A stretch of DNA of 64,000 bases, taken from contig OZ240248.1 of assembly GCA_965198235.1 (NCBI GenBank), positions 1,472,001 through 1,536,000 of the forward strand, read 5' to 3'. The stretch comes from Candidatus Poribacteria bacterium. Lineage in GTDB: Bacteria; Poribacteria; WGA-4E; WGA-3G. Made by a program: the position numbers and the translations under genes. Of this stretch, positions 49,886-60,742 are shown in pieces. The stretch's first letter is position 1, and each line of letters opens with the position of its first letter. The notes under the pieces are model-generated. The model was not told the DNA's origin. It did not search any database and saw only the letters and a list, made by a program, of their open reading frames with translations.

Positions 49886-51238
49886 TTGAATTATGGATTG
49901 GTAAGCACAGCAATAGCGGAAGATCGGGAGCGACTACTTGAGGGTGTCCGACTGTTAGCAGGAATCGCGCACAAACACGGTATACCCATAACATGGGCAA
50001 TCGATACCAAATCTGCTCCAGTCGTCGCGAAATTGCTCACAACATTCCGCACAGAGAGCGATGACGCTCCTTTGTTGATCCTCGACATCAGACAGATATG
50101 GGAAACAAATTGGGAGGCGGAAAGAAACGCAAATCCAGGTGCCAGCACAGAAGCCATGGCATCGCACCTCGTCAAGATGCGAGAGAAGTTGCCGGAATAC
50201 ATAACCAAGGAGCGGGAAAGACTCACGCGCGCAATGCCTTGGGCGGAACTCAACATCGCAGGGGCAGTTTTCAAAAATGATGCTTTCCTACGGGCACTTG
50301 AACAGACTGGGTTCCGGGGACTTTGGGGTTACCACTGGAATCCGCAGGATGTTAATGATACAGACCCGAACGTTCCCGAAATTGAAGCCGACCGCGGCGG
50401 TTTTGGATGTTTTTATCCGCTTGAGGCTTCAGCGTCTCTTGATGCTATTGTCGCACGAGGGACCCCTGATACAGATCTTGCAGAATCATTTGAGAAGATT
50501 GTTGGTGTCCCCTACCATACCGCTGGTCACCTCACCGAAGACACACATAATCTCCGCGCAGCACTCTTAAACGGAACAGCGCAACAGCATTATGATGTCT
50601 ATGTAGAAAGCACAGCGTGGAATCAGTGGCTGGGTTATGTGGAACATATCGACCCGCTTACCGTTGTGCACCTCGGGCAAGAGGGGTTGGAACGACTGGA
50701 TGCATACTTCGCACACGTTGTTAGTATTGAAAACACAAAACCGCTGCTCCTTTCTCAAATGGTTGACGATTACATAAAACATTGCCAGAAAACCGAACCG
50801 ACAGCTGTTGTAGGGGCAAGTACGGAGATTCAAGGGGAAACTACGAAGCCGAAGTCTACGTTAAAAATGTATTATTACGACGCGGCATGCGAATTCACTT
50901 TTGTTGAAGGTGTTATGGATCCCGTTGAAATCAAAAACTATACCGGGGTCCCCGCCCGTTACTGGGGAGGGGGCGAACGGGTGTTACAATCCGAGGCGAA
51001 TAAGCCTGTCTTAACGGGCTTTTTACCAACGCGACACCGAATGCAACTACACATCGCTATTGTGGTAGAGTCAACGAGGGCGATGCCTTACGGGATAGTA
51101 GTCTGGGGTGACCACGAAGGTTTACAATTAACCGAGTCCAACGTCGATGATGTCAGATGGATAGGGGAACATTCGCTTTTTATTCGCCTCACATTACAAT
51201 CCGGAAAGAACGAATTTAGCGTTAAGTTGACAATCTAA
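49886..51238 (+). CDS. Hypothetical protein (possibly glycoside hydrolase/deacetylase-like barrel)
   Basis: 450-aa ORF; 'AHKHGIPITWA' resembles NodB-like folds; function not established. Confidence 0.6.
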   Translation: MNYGLVSTAIAEDRERLLEGVRLLAGIAHKHGIPITWAIDTKSAPVVAKLLTTFRTESDDAPLLILDIRQIWETNWEAERNANPGASTEAMASHLVKMREKLPEYITKERERLTRAMPWAELNIAGAVFKNDAFLRALEQTGFRGLWGYHWNPQDVNDTDPNVPEIEADRGGFGCFYPLEASASLDAIVARGTPDTDLAESFEKIVGVPYHTAGHLTEDTHNLRAALLNGTAQQHYDVYVESTAWNQWLGYVEHIDPLTVVHLGQEGLERLDAYFAHVVSIENTKPLLLSQMVDDYIKHCQKTEPTAVVGASTEIQGETTKPKSTLKMYYYDAACEFTFVEGVMDPVEIKNYTGVPARYWGGGERVLQSEANKPVLTGFLPTRHRMQLHIAIVVESTRAMPYGIVVWGDHEGLQLTESNVDDVRWIGEHSLFIRLTLQSGKNEFSVKLTI

Positions 51239-51503
51239 TCATTTAACGATCACCTCCGCTGGCGGGGTTTTTAACCCCGCCAATCTTTTGGTGTATAAGT
51301 GATTGTGGATTGGCAATAAACGGGGACAGACTGAAAATTTTTGAAACCCCTTAATCTACTCTAGGGCGTTCAAATTCATTGAAAACTCGATTTTTTATCA
51401 CCACCTCGATGCCAAACATAATAGAGAAAGGCATGAGTTGCGGGTCAAACGGAAAAATTGACGTGGAAACCCAATTGTAAAAAAATTGAAAAGGAAGAAA
51501 GCA

Positions 51504-52736
51504 ATGGAAAAAGTATTAGGGCTCAAATGCCGCGAATGTGGTGAGAAGTATCCCAAAGAACCTCTTCACGTTTGCGAATTCTGTTTCGGGCCCCTGGAAG
51601 TAGACTATAACTATAAAGAGATACAAAAATCTATTTCAAGGCATTCAATAGAAAACGGGCCAGAAAGTATGTGGCGTTATGCAGATCTCCTGCCGGTCGA
51701 TGGTGAGCCCACAGATGGCACCAACACTGGATTTACACCTCTCATTCGAGCTAAAAATCTCGGAGACGCGATCGGAGTCAAGCAACTCTATATCAAAGAT
51801 GACACTGTCTGCCATCCGACGTTTTCTTTCAAAGATCGGGTGGTAGCAGTCGCCTTGAGCAAAGCAAAAGAATTCGATTTTGACACCGTTTCTTGTGCCT
51901 CCACCGGCAACCTCGCCAATGCTGTCGCCGCACAGGCTGCCATCGCGAAACTGAATTGCTTCATTTTCATCCCCGCAGATCTCGAAGTTGGCAAGGTCGT
52001 CGCATCCCTCGTTTATGGGCCTACAGTCGTCGGTATCACCGGCAATTATGACGATGTCAACCGACTCTGCAGTGAAATTGGCGGGGTCTATCCGTGGGCA
52101 TTTGTTAACATCAACATCCGTCCTTTCTACGCTGAAGGCTCGAAAACCCTCTGCTTCGAACTGATCGAACAACTCGGTTGGAAGGCACCCGCACATATCG
52201 TCGCACCCGCCGCCGGTGGTTCTCTCATCACAAAGATTGGCAAAGCTTTAAAAGAATTTCACATTTTGGGATTAATAGATAAACCGAACACTAAAATCCA
52301 TGTCGCCCAAGCGGAAGGCTGCGGTCCCATCGTCAATACATACAAAGAGAATGGCGATTTTGTAAAGCCTGTTAGACCCAACACAATCGCTAAATCCCTC
52401 GCTATTGGAAATCCTGCAGATGGCATCTATGCTGTTGATACAGTCCGGAACTCCGGCGGTGTCGGCGAGCACGCCACCGATATTGAGATCGTGGACGCCA
52501 TCAAACTCCTCGCTTCCACTGAAGGTATTTTCACCGAAACCGCTGGTGGGGTCACACTCGCCGCCGCGAAAAAATTGATAGAGAGCGGACACATCGGACC
52601 CAATGAGCCAACGGTTCTTGCCATCACAGGCAACGGACTCAAGACCGTTGAAGCACTTGAGAACAAAACGGATACATCACATATCATTGCCCCGCAACTC
52701 AACGCTTTCCGGAAACTGATGAACGAAATTGAATAA
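51504..52736 (+). CDS. thrC: Threonine synthase (fold-type II PLP enzyme)
   Basis: N-terminal Zn ribbon, PTFSFKDR, CASTGN, EGSKT, ITGNGLK. Confidence 0.88.
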   Translation: MEKVLGLKCRECGEKYPKEPLHVCEFCFGPLEVDYNYKEIQKSISRHSIENGPESMWRYADLLPVDGEPTDGTNTGFTPLIRAKNLGDAIGVKQLYIKDDTVCHPTFSFKDRVVAVALSKAKEFDFDTVSCASTGNLANAVAAQAAIAKLNCFIFIPADLEVGKVVASLVYGPTVVGITGNYDDVNRLCSEIGGVYPWAFVNINIRPFYAEGSKTLCFELIEQLGWKAPAHIVAPAAGGSLITKIGKALKEFHILGLIDKPNTKIHVAQAEGCGPIVNTYKENGDFVKPVRPNTIAKSLAIGNPADGIYAVDTVRNSGGVGEHATDIEIVDAIKLLASTEGIFTETAGGVTLAAAKKLIESGHIGPNEPTVLAITGNGLKTVEALENKTDTSHIIAPQLNAFRKLMNEIE

Positions 52737-52994
52737 ATTAACCCAAGTTGTTACATAACGGGTTATAGATGTTTGAATAAGTCTTCAGACCCTTTCATCA
52801 CCCCGTAGGGGTGCTATGTCTATAGAGAAACGGTTTTTCAATCCTCCGCACCCCGTAGGGGTGCTATGTTGATAAAAAGGTGGAAACTTGCGTTAAATTA
52901 CTACGCATCGACGGGTGGTTGACCTTTCCCTTCAAACATCTTTCGGCTTTAGTCAGGACAGGGTAACCTCGCCCTATATGGGGGGATTAAAAGC

Positions 52995-53564
52995 ATGAAG
53001 CTACAAGAAATCCACGAAGTTGAGCAAGGAATACGTCCGCCAGAAAGTGTCAAGATGACGTTAGAGGAGTTTCTCGAGCATGATATAGAGGGATATGAAT
53101 ATGTTAAGGGAGAATTAGTACCAATGGCACCACCGTCGAGAGAACACGGTGAAATTAGTATCAATGTTATTAGATACCTGGATGCGCATGTGTATCAGAA
53201 TAAAGTGGGTCGTTTGTACACTGCGGAGACCACGTTTCAGGTTGCGGAACGTATAATGAAACCTGATGTCGCATTTGTTTCGACTGCACAGTTGACGGGC
53301 GACAGAACAAAGGGGTTTCCTATACCACCCGATCTGGCAGTTGAAGTTGTTTCTCCCTCGGATGTCCAATCTCGTATTGCCGAGAAGGCACTTGCATATT
53401 TGAACGCGGGAACCCGCCTCGTCTGGGTGCTTGAACCTGTTTCCCAAACCGTGACGGTATATCGTTCTGAGACGAATATTGAGACGCTCACGCGTGATGA
53501 TACACTCACTGGTGAGAATGTCATACCGGGTTTTACCTGCCCAGTCGCGCACCTATTTGAGTAG
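52995..53564 (+). CDS. Uma2 family PD-(D/E)XK endonuclease
   Basis: YEYVKGEL, PDVAFV, PDLAVEVVSPS, AGTRLVWV. Confidence 0.9.
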   Translation: MKLQEIHEVEQGIRPPESVKMTLEEFLEHDIEGYEYVKGELVPMAPPSREHGEISINVIRYLDAHVYQNKVGRLYTAETTFQVAERIMKPDVAFVSTAQLTGDRTKGFPIPPDLAVEVVSPSDVQSRIAEKALAYLNAGTRLVWVLEPVSQTVTVYRSETNIETLTRDDTLTGENVIPGFTCPVAHLFE

Positions 53565-53696
53565 TTCGATCTATTTATCGTCTTAAAAACTTAGCCAGAG
53601 ACGGCAGCCTATAGCCGAAGGCGAAAGGCGGATTTTTGGAAATTGCCGTCCAATGCCAATGTGTCCCGACAGCTCCCGTTAGGGCTAAATTAAAAA

Positions 53697-56135
53697 ATGG
53701 AAACGCTACAGGGTATACTTGAACGCATCGTCTATGAACACCCTGACACCGGCTATACAGTCGGAAGACTTTCCGCGCGCGACCATGCCGAACTCATCAC
53801 TGTTGTCGGCAATTTGGCATCTATTAACCCGGGTGAGAGCCTTCTCCTACAGGGACAGTGGGTAGATAACGCCAAATACGGCAGACAGTTCCAAATCGAG
53901 AAGTATGAAACCATCCTCCCCGCAAATGTAGTCGGATTAAGAAAATATCTCGGCTCAGGTCTCATCAAAGGCATCGGGCCCAAGATGGCGACACTCATCG
54001 TCCGTAAGTTCGGGATGGACACGATGGATGTCATTGAAAACGAGCCTGAAAAATTAGCACGCGTCCCCGGTATTGGGCGGAAGCGGGTACAAATCATCAA
54101 AGAAGCGTGGGAAGCGCAACGCGAAATAAAAAACGTCATGCTCTTCCTGCAATCGCACGATGTAAGCACGGCGCACGCCGCAAAAATTTACAAAACCTAT
54201 GGAAACGACGCAATCCCGATCGTCACAGAAGACCCGTATCGTCTCGCAGATGACATTTACGGTATCGGCTTTGTAACGGCAGACACAATCGCACAGAAGC
54301 TTGGTATTGATAAGGATGCCCCGCAGCGGGTACAAGCCGGTATCAAATATGTTCTCAGCCAGAAGGCAGATGATGGACACGTCTTCCAACGCCGTGCGGA
54401 ACTTATTGAGGCGTGCCAAACCATACTTGAGCAGGAAACGGAAGCGGTTGAACAAGGTATCTCCGTCCTCGTCGAAGAAAAGGAAATTATTAACCCCAGT
54501 TTTACAGACTTAGCGAGTTCCGACGAACAGACAAGTGTGAGTGAGGCACAGGATGCATACGAGATTAGCAATCAGCAACCAGCAGCCAGTAAGGAAAAAG
54601 GAATTTCCGATGCACATCAGGAACCTCCTTTAACTGACAACCGACAACCGATAACTAATAACCATTCCGCCATCTATCTCGCACCCTTTTACTACGCCGA
54701 ACTCGGAGTCGCAAACCAGTTTTTGAGGCTCTTGGCGTCCGATCAAGGGAAACCAAGCACCGTTCCGCTGTTACCTAACAGTACGCCGTCCCTCACCCAA
54801 TTGGAGCGCGAGATGGGTATCCGTTTCGCGCTCCAACAACGCGAGGCGATCCATACCGCCATGACGACACGCGCACTGATCCTTACTGGCGGACCCGGCA
54901 CCGGTAAAACGACGACTGTTGTCGGCATGATTCGTCTGTTTGGAGCAGAAGGCAGACGCATCACCCTGACAGCACCCACCGGACGAGCGGTAAAACGTCT
55001 CAGTGAGACAACAGGCAGCGAAGCCAAAACCATTCATCGGCTCCTTGAATTCTCGCCACAAATCAACGGATTTAAGCGGAATCGACAGAACCCTTTAGAC
55101 ACAGATGTCGTCATTGTTGATGAAACATCTATGGTGGACCTCGTCCTGATGAACCGTTTGATGCAGGCAATCCGTCCGACGACGACTGTCATCCTCATCG
55201 GAGACACCGATCAGCTTCCCTCTGTCGGCGCAGGCAATGTCCTCAGAGAACTCATTGATTCCCAAAGGATATCCGTCATTCAACTCACCGAGATATTCCG
55301 CCAAGCGCAGGAGAGTATGATCGTCACCAATGCCCATCGCATTAATAAGGGCGATTTTCCAGAACTCACTGGCGACACAGATCGGAACTTTTTCTTCATG
55401 GAGGAGGAAGACCCCGAAGCAATTACCGAATTAATATGTTCCATCATTGCTGATCGGTTACCACGGCACTACGATTACCATCCAGTAGACGATATCCAAC
55501 TCCTATGCCCGATGCGACGCGGGACACTCGGCACTGAAAACCTCAACAAACGCCTCCAGGAGGTGTTGAACCCGGAATATGCTGCTCCAGTATCCCATCC
55601 CTTAGAAAAATCGAGGTTCTCGGAAGCACGCCATCATGATGATCGTGATCGCGTGACTTCCGAAGGCGTTCGGACTTACAAACGGATGTCAGAGCCCGCT
55701 GATCGATCTCAGACCGCAGGTGGGTTCCGCATCGGTGATAAGGTGATGCAAGTCCGCAACAACTACGACTATGACGTGTTCAACGGCGATATCGGAAGAG
55801 TCGTTGCAATTGAGCACATTGACAAAAAGGTGTACATCCAGTTCCCGGATAAACAGGTCGCTTACGATACAGCAGACCTTGGGGAGCTTGTTTTGGCTTA
55901 CGCTACGACTATCCATAAAGCACAAGGCAGCGAATATCCCGCCGTTGTTATTCCCTTACACACACAACACTATCTCATGTTACAACGGAATCTGCTTTAC
56001 ACCGGCATCACCCGTGCGAAGGAGCGCGTCGTGATAGTCGGGACCAAACGCGCACTCGGAATTTGTATCCGTAACAATCAAGTTATGCAACGCAACAGCT
56101 ACCTCGCCGAACGCCTTCAAGAGAGTGGAAATTAA
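53697..56135 (+). CDS. recD2: ATP-dependent RecD-like DNA helicase with two low-complexity insertions
   Basis: YLGSGLIKGIG HhH, GGPGTGKT, APTGRA, DETSM, HKAQGSE, LYTGITRA. Confidence 0.92.
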   Translation: METLQGILERIVYEHPDTGYTVGRLSARDHAELITVVGNLASINPGESLLLQGQWVDNAKYGRQFQIEKYETILPANVVGLRKYLGSGLIKGIGPKMATLIVRKFGMDTMDVIENEPEKLARVPGIGRKRVQIIKEAWEAQREIKNVMLFLQSHDVSTAHAAKIYKTYGNDAIPIVTEDPYRLADDIYGIGFVTADTIAQKLGIDKDAPQRVQAGIKYVLSQKADDGHVFQRRAELIEACQTILEQETEAVEQGISVLVEEKEIINPSFTDLASSDEQTSVSEAQDAYEISNQQPAASKEKGISDAHQEPPLTDNRQPITNNHSAIYLAPFYYAELGVANQFLRLLASDQGKPSTVPLLPNSTPSLTQLEREMGIRFALQQREAIHTAMTTRALILTGGPGTGKTTTVVGMIRLFGAEGRRITLTAPTGRAVKRLSETTGSEAKTIHRLLEFSPQINGFKRNRQNPLDTDVVIVDETSMVDLVLMNRLMQAIRPTTTVILIGDTDQLPSVGAGNVLRELIDSQRISVIQLTEIFRQAQESMIVTNAHRINKGDFPELTGDTDRNFFFMEEEDPEAITELICSIIADRLPRHYDYHPVDDIQLLCPMRRGTLGTENLNKRLQEVLNPEYAAPVSHPLEKSRFSEARHHDDRDRVTSEGVRTYKRMSEPADRSQTAGGFRIGDKVMQVRNNYDYDVFNGDIGRVVAIEHIDKKVYIQFPDKQVAYDTADLGELVLAYATTIHKAQGSEYPAVVIPLHTQHYLMLQRNLLYTGITRAKERVVIVGTKRALGICIRNNQVMQRNSYLAERLQESGN

Positions 56136-56422
56136 CGCATCCTTGCTAAGGCGATCACTTTAGCGATACTGTCATGAAAGGAATTACTAAAGTTTGAACA
56201 ATTTGTATGTTATCATGGGGTACTCTCAAGAAGATGCCCAGTTCTTGTTGAGGATCTGGTTAATGTTCTGTAGTTTCGTTTTTTCAAGAGAATTCTTAGA
56301 AAAGGAACATTTCGGTATCAGTATACAGCAGCCCCAGCGGGGCGAAATGTGTGTAGAACTTGCGTGCCACCGCACTTGAAGCCCCAGCGGGGCGAAATGT
56401 GTTAGTTTAGAGAGACTATTCT

Positions 56423-59400
56423 ATGCAATTTAAACACCTATTTTTTACGATAACGTTTTTATTAAATCTTTTACTCACCAGTTTCGCACAGGAACCAACG
56501 CTTCTTGACCATGGCGGTGGTGTGCGAACGGTAGTATTTTCCCCTGTGAATAGCCAACTTATTGCGAGTGCTGGTGAAAGCAACGTTATCAAGTTATGGA
56601 ATCTGCAGAACGATACCGTGCAGACACTCAGAGGACACACAGGTATCGTCAATTCGATAGCATTTTCCCCGAATGGACGGTTACTTGCGAGCGTAAGCGA
56701 CGACAGAACCATCAAACTCTGGAACGTCCACAATCAACAAAATATTACGACGTTACAAGACGGGACACCCTATCGCTCCATTGCCTTTTCTCCGAATGGG
56801 CAACTGCTCGCCACAGGCGGCTGGATACATGTAAAGTTATGGGACGTGCGTCGCCGAGCGGAGATAGCGACACTTCAGCACGACGAGTCGGTTCAGACGG
56901 TAGCCTTCTCACATAACGGTCAACTCCTTGCTGCTGGAGATGCCTCCAGAGACGGTCCCGGTACAGTGAAGGTGTGGGATGTTCAGAATCGGCAAGTTAT
57001 CGCTACACTAAAAGACGATCTGGTGGTTGTCCGGGCTGTCACATTTTCGTCAGATGACCGATACTTAGCGAGCTCCCATTACAATGGGGAAGTCAAGGTG
57101 TGGGATGTATTGACTTGGGAACTTCTGCACACAATTCCACAGGCGGGGGACTATGATATTGCGTTTTCTCCCGATGGGAAAATGATCGCTGGCACAGGTA
57201 ACGGGTACGTAAATCTCTGGTGGGTTGAAGACGGAACAAAAGTTGCCCAGTTGCCAGGACCTACTGATTGGATGCATCCTGTTGATTTTTCGCACGATGG
57301 AACCTTTCTTGCTGTTGGTGCTGAAGATGGATTTGTTCGTCTCTATAATATTGAAGATATTGAGGAAGATATCGAGAGTCGTTCGCAAGCATTACAGCAA
57401 CCAGAAATGGTACGTCTTATCTACTTTTTGCCGAGTGACCGCCCTGCCCGGCCAGACAGAGTAACAGCACTCCGTCAGTTGGTTAGAGACACCCAACAGT
57501 TTCACGCCGACGAGATGGAACGCCACGGATTCGGCAGAAAAACCTTTCGTGTTGAAACCGATGAAGCGGGTGAGGTTCTGGTGCATCATATTGTTAGCGA
57601 GTTCAACGAGCAATATTATCATAAACAACCTTCTCGCGAAGTCTGGAATGAAATCGTCTGGGATAAAATCCGTGAACAATTTTACGCACCACAGCACGTC
57701 TATCTTGTTGCAATAGATGTCAATCACCAACTTATTGAATGGTGTGGGGGAGGTGACCCCGTTTGGATAGATGGTGGACTAGAGATAATCATGCCTGCGT
57801 CGGGGCACTGTTTTAACATTGGTCTCGTTGCTCATGAGCTCGGACACAGTTTTGGATTGGCGCATGATTTTCGTGACGATGCCCACGTTATGTCCTACGG
57901 AGCTATCCGGAACGAATTATCGTCTTGTGCTGCTGAATGGTTGAATGCCAGTCGCTTCCTCAACGCGAGCCAGAGCGTTTCCAATACTCCTATTCAAATC
58001 AACAATAACACAACGGTTAAGATGCTTCCACCGATCGAAACTCCACCGAATGCGATGCGTCTGCGTTTTGAAGTGAAGGATCCAGATGGACTGCATCAAG
58101 CACAGTTATATATCCCAACAACTGCTAAAGACCCTGTAGAAGGATCGGGTTTTAAATTACATAGTTGTAGGTCTTTAAGTCGCGAAGCCAAGACACTGGA
58201 GTTTATTACAACCGAGTTACCGAAGGAAAATGCATTCGCGCGCCTCCGAGTTATGGATGTACGAGGAAACTTCAGATGGTGGGAACACTATTTTCCGATT
58301 CAAGCGACTGACATCTTACGAAAGTCTGCCAACCGTGTTGGAGCGATTGATGCGGCAGGCAGTGTCCCAGAGACGTTGCAGAAAATCTCAGGGAATAAAC
58401 AACGCGGTTTCCTAAACAAGCGTCTCGCGAACCCATTCGTAGTTTCAGTCCGAGATGCTGACAACGAACCTGTTGCAGGAGTTCAGGTCATGTTTCGGGT
58501 GACTGTAGGCGGCGGGAGCCTTTCTGTCACAAAGCCTTGGACTGATTCTAACGGACGTGCTGAGACTTTTCTAACTCTTGGGCGTTCGCTGATAAATAGT
58601 GTTGAGGCAAATGTTTCTGGTGTGTCTGACCGAGTAACTTTTAGCACCTATTCGGAGCCACAAGTGCTAGTCGCTCGGTCTCAGCGTCCTCCCATGTATT
58701 GGATAGACACAAATGTAGGTACGCTCCACCGCCTTGTCGGTGCAAAAGTGGAAACCCTTGTGCCGGGCGTACAGAATGCCACCAGTCTCGCTGTTGATAT
58801 GATGAGTGAAAAACTATACTGGACCGAGAAGTCAAGTGATAGAACTGGCAAAATCCGCCGCGCAAACCTTGATGGCACGAACGTGCAACTCGTCAAGAAC
58901 TTAACAAGCGTCTCTCACAGTATTGCTATTGACACTACCAATGACAAACTCTATTTAACAAACGCTTGGGGTAAAATCCAACGGATCAATTTCGATGGAT
59001 CAAACTTTGAACCCAATCTTATCACAGGTTTGGATGTGCCAAAGCATTTTGCCTTGGATGTGGTAGAAGGTAAACTTTACTGGACGGAAACAGCAGGGCG
59101 AATCCAGCGAGCAAATCTTAACGGCTCAAACACCGAAACACTCGCAACTGACTTAGGAACACTCGGCGGTATCGCTATCGCTGATGGTAAACTCTACTGG
59201 ACAGAGCAGACTGGTGAGAGTATAGGTAGGATCCAATGTGCTAACCTTGATGGCACAAATATTCAAACGCTCACCTCATTACAGAGCGTACCTCTTGGAA
59301 TTGCCGTTGACGCTACGGGACGTAAGTTGTACTGGACAAACTCGCGTGGAAAAATCCAGCGTGCTGACCTCAATGGATCAAGCGTCCAAAATCTTGTTGC

Positions 59401-60634
59401 TGATTTAAATTCTCCTACTGGCATTACCTTGGGCATCGCACGAGATGACGTCGCCGTTACTGAAACATCTCTGGAGAAGATTACCGGTCCGTGGCTCTGG
59501 ATGATTGCCCCAACCGAAGCCGGCCAAGGTGGCGCAAAATCCAACAATGTTGATTCGCTTGCCGCTGCTAGTGGTGGAAGTGTGACGGAAGCGGACGTTG
59601 CAGCAAACGGTGCCAGAGAAGGTGACGCAGTTGGCAATTATGTGTGGACCTTTGGGGAGATTGCTGAAACCGGTGGTAATAATGTCAATGACCTCCTGAA
59701 TAAAATCGGCTTGGGCAGAGGCGATGTGGATGACCATTCGTCTTACGCACTCATCACACTTGAGTCCGCGATCGCTCAGTCAGGTGTGACAATGCGAACC
59801 GGTAGTGATGACGCTATCAAGATATGGCTCAACGGTAAAGTCGTCCATAACAACTCTATTGACCGCGGGGCGGAGGATTATCAGGACAGGTTCAAAGTTG
59901 ATTTGAAACAGGGTGATAACCTCTTACTGGTGAAAGTATCTGAACGAAGGGGTTGGTGGAGCATGTTCGTCGGTATCGATGCCGATGTCAACGCCGTCTA
60001 TAAACGTCCACCAGCACCGGTAGTGTCTTCAGATGTCAATGGCGACGGTATCGTGAATATCTTGGATCTGGTATCGGTATCGGTAAACTTTGGGAAGACT
60101 GGGCAGAGTCCGGCTGATGTCAATGGCGATGGGATCGTCAATATTATAGACCTCGTCAAAGTTGCCGGTGAGATGGGTGCTGGTGCCGCCGCTCCTTCAG
60201 CACATCCGCAGACGCTGGAGATCCTTACTGCCGCAGACGTACAACACTGGCTCACCCAAGCACAGCATTTGGGACTTACGGATGCGACCTCTCAGCGCGG
60301 TATTCTGAGGCTTCAGCTGCTGCTGGCGGCACTCATCCCAAAAGAAACCTCTCTCTTACCGAACTACCCGAATCCGTTTAACCCTGAGACGTGGATACCC
60401 TATCACTTGGCGAAACCGGCAGAGGTGACTTTATACATCTATGGGGTAGACGGTTCGTTGATTTGGAGACTCACATTGGGGCATCAGCCCGCGGGAATGT
60501 ATCATAGCAAAAGCCGCGCGGTATATTGGGATGGGAAAAATGAAGCCGGTGAGGCTGTTGCAAGTGGTATATATTTTTATACTTTTTCCGCGGGCGACTT
60601 CACGTCGACGCGTAAGATGTTAATTCTGAAGTAA
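56423..60634 (+). CDS. Secreted mosaic protein: WD40 propeller, HExxH metallopeptidase, Ig-like, LDL-receptor class B (YWTD) propeller, dockerin-like and FlgD/T9SS-type C-terminal domain
   Basis: Signal peptide; WD repeats; AHELGHSFGLAH; KLYWTE repeats; DVNGDGIVNILD x2; LLPNYPNPFNPETW..ASGIYFY. Confidence 0.88.
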   Translation: MQFKHLFFTITFLLNLLLTSFAQEPTLLDHGGGVRTVVFSPVNSQLIASAGESNVIKLWNLQNDTVQTLRGHTGIVNSIAFSPNGRLLASVSDDRTIKLWNVHNQQNITTLQDGTPYRSIAFSPNGQLLATGGWIHVKLWDVRRRAEIATLQHDESVQTVAFSHNGQLLAAGDASRDGPGTVKVWDVQNRQVIATLKDDLVVVRAVTFSSDDRYLASSHYNGEVKVWDVLTWELLHTIPQAGDYDIAFSPDGKMIAGTGNGYVNLWWVEDGTKVAQLPGPTDWMHPVDFSHDGTFLAVGAEDGFVRLYNIEDIEEDIESRSQALQQPEMVRLIYFLPSDRPARPDRVTALRQLVRDTQQFHADEMERHGFGRKTFRVETDEAGEVLVHHIVSEFNEQYYHKQPSREVWNEIVWDKIREQFYAPQHVYLVAIDVNHQLIEWCGGGDPVWIDGGLEIIMPASGHCFNIGLVAHELGHSFGLAHDFRDDAHVMSYGAIRNELSSCAAEWLNASRFLNASQSVSNTPIQINNNTTVKMLPPIETPPNAMRLRFEVKDPDGLHQAQLYIPTTAKDPVEGSGFKLHSCRSLSREAKTLEFITTELPKENAFARLRVMDVRGNFRWWEHYFPIQATDILRKSANRVGAIDAAGSVPETLQKISGNKQRGFLNKRLANPFVVSVRDADNEPVAGVQVMFRVTVGGGSLSVTKPWTDSNGRAETFLTLGRSLINSVEANVSGVSDRVTFSTYSEPQVLVARSQRPPMYWIDTNVGTLHRLVGAKVETLVPGVQNATSLAVDMMSEKLYWTEKSSDRTGKIRRANLDGTNVQLVKNLTSVSHSIAIDTTNDKLYLTNAWGKIQRINFDGSNFEPNLITGLDVPKHFALDVVEGKLYWTETAGRIQRANLNGSNTETLATDLGTLGGIAIADGKLYWTEQTGESIGRIQCANLDGTNIQTLTSLQSVPLGIAVDATGRKLYWTNSRGKIQRADLNGSSVQNLVADLNSPTGITLGIARDDVAVTETSLEKITGPWLWMIAPTEAGQGGAKSNNVDSLAAASGGSVTEADVAANGAREGDAVGNYVWTFGEIAETGGNNVNDLLNKIGLGRGDVDDHSSYALITLESAIAQSGVTMRTGSDDAIKIWLNGKVVHNNSIDRGAEDYQDRFKVDLKQGDNLLLVKVSERRGWWSMFVGIDADVNAVYKRPPAPVVSSDVNGDGIVNILDLVSVSVNFGKTGQSPADVNGDGIVNIIDLVKVAGEMGAGAAAPSAHPQTLEILTAADVQHWLTQAQHLGLTDATSQRGILRLQLLLAALIPKETSLLPNYPNPFNPETWIPYHLAKPAEVTLYIYGVDGSLIWRLTLGHQPAGMYHSKSRAVYWDGKNEAGEAVASGIYFYTFSAGDFTSTRKMLILK

Positions 60635-60742
60635 AAACGGGCTGTAGCGTAAACTGTTAATTTGCGCAAAGTAGACACAAACTAACAGTTTATGCTACGA
60701 GACCCTTTTGTCAAATTCACCTCAATTACAAGGAGCAACGAT

